From Gemmatimonadota bacterium (GTDB lineage: Bacteria > Gemmatimonadota > Gemmatimonadetes > Gemmatimonadales > GWC2-71-9): a stretch of DNA of 64,000 nt. The stretch covers positions 13,497 through 77,496 of the forward strand of contig JADJOM010000003.1 of the NCBI GenBank assembly GCA_016713785.1, written 5' to 3'. Below the pieces are notes generated by a model. The model did not search any database. It was given only the letters and a program-made list of their open reading frames with translations, and was not told the origin of the DNA. Position 1 is the first letter of the stretch. Each line of letters opens with the position of its first letter. Below are positions 58,335 to 64,000 of the stretch, piece after piece. Both the position numbers and the translations under genes were made by a program.

Positions 58335-60248
58335 ATGCCCCCCCGGCTCATGTCCCTGCGCATCCCGACCCTGCTGGCCCTCCTCGCTGCCCCGTCGCTC
58401 GCGGCCCAGGCGGCCGACAGCTCCCCCTTCCGCCCGCTCGATCTCCCGGCGCCCAACCAGATCCGCACCGGCGCGGGGCGGCCGGGTCCCGGCTACTGGC
58501 AGCAGCGGGTGGACTACCGGATCCGGGCCACGCTCGATCCCGCCACCCACGAGCTGCAGGGCCGCGCGGCGATCCACTACGTGAACCGCTCCCCCGAGGC
58601 GCTGTCATACCTCTGGCTCCACCTCGAGCAGAACATCTGCGCCCCCGGGTCGGTGACCAGCCTGCTCGACCAGCCGCCGCTCGTCTTCCTGGGCACGGCG
58701 TTCGACTTCTCGTGCAAGGGCTTCGCCGGCGGGATCACGATCGAGTCCCTGACGCGGCTGGGGCGGCCGCTGCCCTTCGCCATCACCGGCACCACCATGC
58801 GGGTGGACCTGCCGCGGGCCATCCCGCCGGGCGGGGTCTACGACTTCGACGTAGTCTGGCGCTTCACGGTGCCGCCGTACGGCGCCGGGCGCATGGGGCG
58901 CGACGGCACGCTGTACGAGCTGGGCCAGTGGTACCCCCGGCTCGCGGTGTACGACGACGTGAAGGGGTGGAACCACGAGCCCTACATCGGCTCGGGGGAG
59001 TTCTACCTGGAGTACGGCCGGTTCGACGTGGCCATCACCGTCCCGGCGCGCTACGTGGTGGCGGCCACCGGCACGCTCGACAACCCGCTCGAGGTGCTCA
59101 CGGCCGCGCAGCGCGCCCGGCTGGCCCGCGCCCGATTGGCGGACAGCGCCATCCCGATCATCACCCGCGAAGAGGCCGGGCAGCCGGCGGCCCGCCCGCG
59201 GCGCGAGGGCACCCTCACCTGGCGCTTCCACGCCGACAGCGTGCGCGACTTCGCCTTCGCCGCCGCCCCCGACTTCCAGTGGGACGCGAGCGGGTGGCGC
59301 GGCATCCTGGTCCAGACCTTCTACCGGCCCTCCGCGGCCCTGTGGAGCGAGGCCAACCACATGGTGCGCGAGGGGCTGCGCTACTACAGCCAGCAGTGGT
59401 ATCCCTATCCCTACCCCCAGATGTCGAGCATCGAGGGGCCGATCGAGGGGATGGAGTACCCGATGATGACCTTCGACCCCGCCGGTCCCACCCGGATCGA
59501 CCTGCAATGGGTCCTGGCCCACGAACTGGGCCACCAGTGGATGCCGATGATCGTCGGCAGCAATGAACGGCTCTATCCCTGGATGGACGAGGGGTTCAAC
59601 ACGTTCATCGACCTCCGCAACGCCTCCAACTACTTCCTCGGCACCCCGTACGGCGACACCATCGAGGTGCACCCGCTGCGCCTGGCGCCGGAGCACACCG
59701 TGCCGGGCCAGGAACAGCCGCTCATCGCGCGGCCGGTCGAGGTGCGCGACCTCTTCTGGACCGGTTACCAGAAGCCGGCCCTGATGCTCTCGCTGCTCCG
59801 CGACCAGGTGCTTGGCCGCGACCGCTTCGACGCCGCCTTCCGCGAGTACCTCCGGACCTGGGCCTGGAAGCATCCCACCCCGGCGGACTTCTTCCGGGTC
59901 ATGCGCGATCACTCCGGCCAGGACCTCGACTGGTTCTGGCGCGGCTGGGTCTACTCCACCGCGCGCCTCGACCAGGCGGTGGACTCCGTGGTGGCCGTGA
60001 GCGACAGTGTCACCGAGATCCACCTCTCCAACCGCGGCGGACTGGTCATGCCCGCCACCCTGTCCCTGGTGCTGGAGCTGGGCGACGCCCCCAACACCCG
60101 CTACGTCCGCCTGCCCGTGGACATGTGGAACCTCGGGCCGAGGTTCGTCTACCGGCATCGCGGCCCCGAGCGGGTGGTGGGGGTGACCCTCGACCCGGCC
60201 AGTGAGCTGCCCGACGCCGACCGCGCCAACAACCGCTGGGCCCGATGA
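58335..60248 (+). CDS. secreted M1-family zinc metallopeptidase
   Basis: Signal peptide ...LLALLAAPSLAAQA. HELGHQW plus WMDEGFNTF (HExxH-18-E). Confidence 0.85.
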   Translation: MPPRLMSLRIPTLLALLAAPSLAAQAADSSPFRPLDLPAPNQIRTGAGRPGPGYWQQRVDYRIRATLDPATHELQGRAAIHYVNRSPEALSYLWLHLEQNICAPGSVTSLLDQPPLVFLGTAFDFSCKGFAGGITIESLTRLGRPLPFAITGTTMRVDLPRAIPPGGVYDFDVVWRFTVPPYGAGRMGRDGTLYELGQWYPRLAVYDDVKGWNHEPYIGSGEFYLEYGRFDVAITVPARYVVAATGTLDNPLEVLTAAQRARLARARLADSAIPIITREEAGQPAARPRREGTLTWRFHADSVRDFAFAAAPDFQWDASGWRGILVQTFYRPSAALWSEANHMVREGLRYYSQQWYPYPYPQMSSIEGPIEGMEYPMMTFDPAGPTRIDLQWVLAHELGHQWMPMIVGSNERLYPWMDEGFNTFIDLRNASNYFLGTPYGDTIEVHPLRLAPEHTVPGQEQPLIARPVEVRDLFWTGYQKPALMLSLLRDQVLGRDRFDAAFREYLRTWAWKHPTPADFFRVMRDHSGQDLDWFWRGWVYSTARLDQAVDSVVAVSDSVTEIHLSNRGGLVMPATLSLVLELGDAPNTRYVRLPVDMWNLGPRFVYRHRGPERVVGVTLDPASELPDADRANNRWAR

Positions 60249-60718
60249 ACCGACGCATGCTGGCGCGGCTGCTCAGCGCGGGGCTGGTGGCGCTGGCGCT
60301 GTGGCTCACCCAGAACCTCACCCGGCTTCAGCAGGGCTCCTTGCCGAATGCCGCCCCCGCCGCGCCGGCGGGGCCCGTGGCATCCACCGCCCCCGCGGCG
60401 CCGCCCACCCCGGCGCAGGCGGCCATCGGCTTCCGCGACGCCAGCCGGCTGGCGGAGCACTTCCGGAAGCACGGGGCGGAGTTCGGGGAGATCACCGAGG
60501 CGGAGTACCTGCGGCGGGCCCAGGCACTTCGGGACCGGCCGGCGGGAGGCGAGATCCTGGAGGCCCGCCGGTCCGACGGGGTGGTGACCCGGTTCGACCG
60601 GGGGGATGGGTCCTTTCTGGCCTTCGATGCCGACCGCACCATCCGGACCTATTTCCGTCCCAACGACGGTGAGGCATACTTCAGGCGTCAGCTTCAGCGG
60701 CCCCCGGGCACCCCATGA
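60245..60718 (+). CDS. membrane-anchored/secreted hypothetical protein
   Basis: ATGA overlap with the peptidase. N-terminal hydrophobic LLSAGLVALALWL, Ala/Pro linker, then FRDASRLAEHFRKHGAEFG...VVTRFD...IRTYFRP. The family is not recognised. Confidence 0.5.
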   Translation: MNRRMLARLLSAGLVALALWLTQNLTRLQQGSLPNAAPAAPAGPVASTAPAAPPTPAQAAIGFRDASRLAEHFRKHGAEFGEITEAEYLRRAQALRDRPAGGEILEARRSDGVVTRFDRGDGSFLAFDADRTIRTYFRPNDGEAYFRRQLQRPPGTP

Positions 60719-61134
60719 ACCAGCGCACGTCAGGTCCCAACGATCCCGTCCGAGACTACCTCCGGCGCAGCGGCGCGTCCTACGCCGTGGTGGCGCAGGG
60801 GCTGCGCGGGCTGGTCGAGAACTGGGAGCGGGTGGTGGCCCAGGTGCTCGAGGGCTACAACCTGACGCTGGACGACTACCTCAACGACATGGACAGCCGC
60901 CAGCTGCTGGCCAACGCCCTCGAGCTCGCGCCCGACGAGGTCCGCGACGCCTTCCTGCCCCGGGTGCACGACGCCGACGTAAAGGTGCGCCTCAACCTGG
61001 TGCCCGCCGGGCGCTGCCTGTGGGGTGGCATCGTGGCCGCCGATGAAGGCTGGACCGAGGACGCCAACTGGTGGTACTTCGAGCAGCCGCGCCTGCCGGG
61101 CCCGGAGCTGCGCCGGGAACTGGACGCCCGGTGA
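60715..61134 (+). CDS. small cytoplasmic hypothetical protein
   Basis: ATGA overlap with 60245-60718. Acidic, no signal peptide. Confidence 0.45.
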   Translation: MNQRTSGPNDPVRDYLRRSGASYAVVAQGLRGLVENWERVVAQVLEGYNLTLDDYLNDMDSRQLLANALELAPDEVRDAFLPRVHDADVKVRLNLVPAGRCLWGGIVAADEGWTEDANWWYFEQPRLPGPELRRELDAR

Positions 61135-62039
61135 CGCCCGCGCTCGCGCTGTATCACGGGCAGGTGGTGATCCCGCTGGACGGGCGGCCGGTGGCCATCG
61201 GCCGACTGCCCGAGTGCGACGTCATGTTCGAGGGGTGGGAGGTTTCCCGCCGTCACGCCCGCATCGTCCCCACCCCCGCCGGTCCGCTGCTGGTGGACCG
61301 CAGCCGCTTCGGCACCTTCGTGAATGCCGCGCAGGTCGTGGCACCCCTCCTGCTCTCCGCCGGCGACGTCATCCGGGTGGGTCGCTACGAGGTGCGGATC
61401 GACCTCGCGCCGCCGGGGCTCTCCAGCCGCGCCTCGCAGACCGCCGGGGGCCGCTTCGCGTCGTGGGCCGCCCGGTTTGGTCCGTCGGAGGTGATGGGCG
61501 CCGTGGCGGCGGTCGCCGGGGCGTGGGGCGCGCAGCGGCTCGGGGGTGGGCGGGTCACGATGGTCACCGCCGCGGTACTCGCCGAGACGGTGCTGTACTA
61601 CCTCGCCCTGCTGCTGCGGGACCTGCGGTTCGAATCGCGGGAGCGGCAGCGCGCGGGCCTGCCGTTCGGACGCCGCGGTGTCGAGGACGTGCTGCAGAAC
61701 CTGATCCGCGAGTTCGGCACCGCCGAGCTCCTCGACACCCTCCTGCTCCGGCCGCTGGCGTTCTGGGTGGGGCTCGGCCTGGTCGGCCTGCCCGCCGGCA
61801 TCCTGGGCGGCAAGCTGGTGGCGGACCTGCTGTTCTACGGGCCGGTGCTCGCCCGCCTGCACTGGCGCCTCGGGTCCCGCTCCAGCGCCCCGCGCGAGGT
61901 GGCCCAGCTCCGCAGCACCCAGGCCATGCCCATCCCGACCCTGGGCCAGCTGCGCGAGTCCGAGGACCTGCAGGCCACCACCCTGCCCACCACGCGCGAT
62001 GGTGGGGACACCCCCCGCTCCCCCGCCTCCAACCGCTGA
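61131..62039 (+). CDS. FHA-domain protein with C-terminal membrane region
   Basis: GTGA overlap upstream. VAIGRLPECDVMFEGWEVSRRHARI...SRFGTFVN...GDVIRVGRYEVRI. This is followed by hydrophobic segments. Confidence 0.75.
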   Translation: MTPALALYHGQVVIPLDGRPVAIGRLPECDVMFEGWEVSRRHARIVPTPAGPLLVDRSRFGTFVNAAQVVAPLLLSAGDVIRVGRYEVRIDLAPPGLSSRASQTAGGRFASWAARFGPSEVMGAVAAVAGAWGAQRLGGGRVTMVTAAVLAETVLYYLALLLRDLRFESRERQRAGLPFGRRGVEDVLQNLIREFGTAELLDTLLLRPLAFWVGLGLVGLPAGILGGKLVADLLFYGPVLARLHWRLGSRSSAPREVAQLRSTQAMPIPTLGQLRESEDLQATTLPTTRDGGDTPRSPASNR

Positions 62040-62061
62040 TCCCTCCGCCCGGCGGACCCCC

Positions 62062-62925
62062 ATGACCCGGCCCTACGGCGCGCAGTCGATGGTCGCCCCG
62101 CTCCGGTGCGTGATGGTGCGCACCCCCGATGCCGCCTTCGGCGACGCCGACCCCCTCCGCTGGCACTACACCGCACGCCCCGACCTGGGCCGCGCCCGCG
62201 CCGAGCATGCGGCATTCGTGGCGCTGCTCTCGGAGGCTGGCGCCGAGGTGGTGTACCACGACGCCCCGCTGCCCGGGCACGCCGACGCCATCTTTGTCCA
62301 CGACCCGGTGCTGGTGACCGATCGGGGCGCGATCCTGCTCCGGATGGGCAAGCCGCTGCGGGAAGGGGAGGAGGCCGCGATCGGCGCGTCCCTCGAGGCG
62401 AGCGGCGTGCCGGTGCTGGCCCGGCTCTCGGGGGACGCGCGGGCGGAAGGGGGGGACTGCCTGTGGCTCGATGCCCGGACCCTGGCCGTGGGGCTCGGCT
62501 TCCGCACCAACGCCACGGGGCTGGCGCAGCTCCAGGCCGCGCTGGGGCCGGCGGTGGAAGTCGTGCCGGTGCAGCTCCCGTACGACCAGGGCCCGGAGGC
62601 GTGCCTGCACCTCATGTCCCTGATCAGCCTGGTGGCCGACGACCTGGCCGTGGTCTATCCGCCCCTGATGCCCGTGCCGTTCTGGGAGCTGCTGCGGGCG
62701 CGAGGCATCCGGATAGTCGAGGCCCCGGCGGCGGAGTACGCCACCATGGCCACCAACGTCCTGGCGCTGGCGCCGCGCCGCTGCCTCATGCTGGAGGGGA
62801 ATCCGGTCACCCGCGCGCGGCTCGAGGCGGCGGGGTGCACGGTGCTGACCTATCGGGGGGATGAGATCTCGCGCAAGGCGGAAGGGGGCGCCACCTGCCT
62901 CACCCGCCCGGTGTGGCGGTCCTAG
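62062..62925 (+). CDS. dimethylarginine dimethylaminohydrolase/amidinotransferase-fold enzyme
   Basis: ...HADAIFVHDPV...GLGFRTN...CLHLMSL...EGGATCLTRP, with a C-terminal catalytic Cys context typical of the DDAH/ADI superfamily. Confidence 0.65.
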   Translation: MTRPYGAQSMVAPLRCVMVRTPDAAFGDADPLRWHYTARPDLGRARAEHAAFVALLSEAGAEVVYHDAPLPGHADAIFVHDPVLVTDRGAILLRMGKPLREGEEAAIGASLEASGVPVLARLSGDARAEGGDCLWLDARTLAVGLGFRTNATGLAQLQAALGPAVEVVPVQLPYDQGPEACLHLMSLISLVADDLAVVYPPLMPVPFWELLRARGIRIVEAPAAEYATMATNVLALAPRRCLMLEGNPVTRARLEAAGCTVLTYRGDEISRKAEGGATCLTRPVWRS

Positions 62926-62930
62926 CCACC

Positions 62931-64000
62931 CTACCGCCCTCCCGCCTTCCCGTCGTCCCGCCTCGCCGCCTGCCGCACCAGGATGAGATCCGTGATGTTG
63001 TCCATCGTGAGCAGCCCGGCGATCCGGCCGGTGCTGTCGAGCACCGGCAGGGCGGGGAGGCCGCTGCCGCGCAGCCGGTGCAGCGCCTCCTCGAACGACA
63101 GGCCGAGCGGGAGCGCCGCCACGCCGGCGGTCATGGTCTCGGCCACGGTCGAGTCGGGACCGCGGCCGGCCAGCCCGCGGATCAGGTTGTCGCGGGTGAG
63201 CAGCCCGATCACCGCGCCGGACGTGTCGACCACCGGGAACTCCCGCTGCTCGCCGTCGAGCAGCAGGTCCACCGCGGTGCGCAGCGGCGCGTAGGCGGGG
63301 ATGGTCTCGAACCGGGTGATCATCATCTGGTCCACGATGATGCCCTGGCCCGCCGCCTTGGTCTCCACCGCGGCGGCCTCGGCCCCGGCGCCCAGGAAGA
63401 CGAACAGCGCCAGCAGCATGATCATCATGTCCTGGCTCAGCAGCCCGAACACCCCCGCCACCATCGCGATCACCTGCCCCACCCGGGCCGCCAGCCGGGT
63501 GGCGCGCACCATGCCCAGCCGGGTGGCCAGCACCGCGCGGAGCACCCGGCCGCCGTCCATCGGGTAGGCGGGGATCAGGTTGAAGGCGAGCAGGAACAGG
63601 TTGATGGTGATCAGGAAGTGCGGAAAGCTCGAGTACAGCAGGGCGATCCCCTCCGGCTCGCCGGTGAGCAGGGCGGGGATGGTCCGGCCCAGGAAGGCGG
63701 TGGGCTGCTCGCCGAGGAGCAGGATGACCCCGCCCACCACGAAGGCGATCGCCAGGTTCACCGCCGGGCCCGCCACCGCGATCAGGAACTCCTCCCGCGG
63801 CCGCTCCGGGAGCCGTTCCAGCCGCGCCAGCCCGCCGATTGGCAGCAGCACCACGTCGCGGGTGCGGATGCCGAACTGGCGGGCGGTCAGGATGTGCCCG
63901 TACTCGTGCAGCACCACGCAGGCGAAGACCGAGAGCGTCAGCCCGACTGTCTGGGTGGCGGCGGCGAGGCCGCCGGTCCGGTAGCCGTCGAGGCCGATGA
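62931..64000 (-). CDS. M50 (site-2 protease-like) metalloprotease with tandem CBS domains, N-terminus beyond window edge
   Basis: VVLHEYGHILTARQFGI (HExxH), NLIPAYPMDGGRVL (second M50 motif), then CBS-like repeats. The frame stays open to position 64000. Confidence 0.8.
   Translation of the reverse strand, partial: IGLDGYRTGGLAAATQTVGLTLSVFACVVLHEYGHILTARQFGIRTRDVVLLPIGGLARLERLPERPREEFLIAVAGPAVNLAIAFVVGGVILLLGEQPTAFLGRTIPALLTGEPEGIALLYSSFPHFLITINLFLLAFNLIPAYPMDGGRVLRAVLATRLGMVRATRLAARVGQVIAMVAGVFGLLSQDMMIMLLALFVFLGAGAEAAAVETKAAGQGIIVDQMMITRFETIPAYAPLRTAVDLLLDGEQREFPVVDTSGAVIGLLTRDNLIRGLAGRGPDSTVAETMTAGVAALPLGLSFEEALHRLRGSGLPALPVLDSTGRIAGLLTMDNITDLILVRQAARRDDGKAGGR

Overview
High-GC (roughly 70% by eye) chromosome segment from a diderm bacterium (outer-membrane-type porin, lipoproteins). 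The phylum cannot be fixed from sequence alone. All domain calls are from motif recognition only; no searches were run.

(1) 1-29.7 kb is an accessory polymorphic-toxin island. It contains, in order:
- a frame-broken Rhs/YD-repeat gene (family A, core ends ...AYTDPFGL) entering from the left edge, with its toxin tip and an immunity gene;
- two orphan toxin-tip/immunity cassettes of the same family, each directly preceded by a different IS110-family element, followed by a third IS110 3'-end remnant;
- a complete ~1.7-kaa Sec-signal Rhs gene of a second family (core ends ...RDPSGL);
- five orphan Rhs-C-terminus/toxin/immunity modules, extra orphan immunity-like genes and an IS3 remnant;
- a structured REP/MITE-like repeat family and many 7-nt and 8-nt microsatellite arrays.

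(2) 29.7-64 kb is ordinary core genome: acnA, a DUF971-like gene, a large LmbE/PIG-L-like protein, an ABC importer, an MFS pump, a DUF2339-like protein, a porin, a cupredoxin-like protein coupled to a HAMP Ser/Thr kinase, pepF, infA, a csp gene, a tandem pseudokinase-kinase, a CGNR zinc-finger protein, a GGDEF cyclase, a Cam-type gamma carbonic anhydrase, queE/queC, an SRPBCC-epimerase fusion, an M1 peptidase operon, an FHA protein, a DDAH-like enzyme and an M50/CBS protease.

Several genes, including housekeeping acnA, carry single frame breaks, sometimes at G/C runs. Many apparent pseudogenes may therefore be assembly indels. No rRNA, tRNA or CRISPR array was recognised.

Most noteworthy observations:
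- IS110-family (RNA-guided recombinase type) elements sit exactly at the DPFGL-coding 5' edge of orphan Rhs toxin cassettes. They carry a long 3' non-coding region with a positionally conserved box, a candidate bridge/seek RNA.
- The orphan array is two-level modular, with three linker types each shared by two toxins.
- The effector set appears entirely envelope-directed.
- A 65-nt hairpin repeat forms the 5' boundary of the truncated orphan modules.
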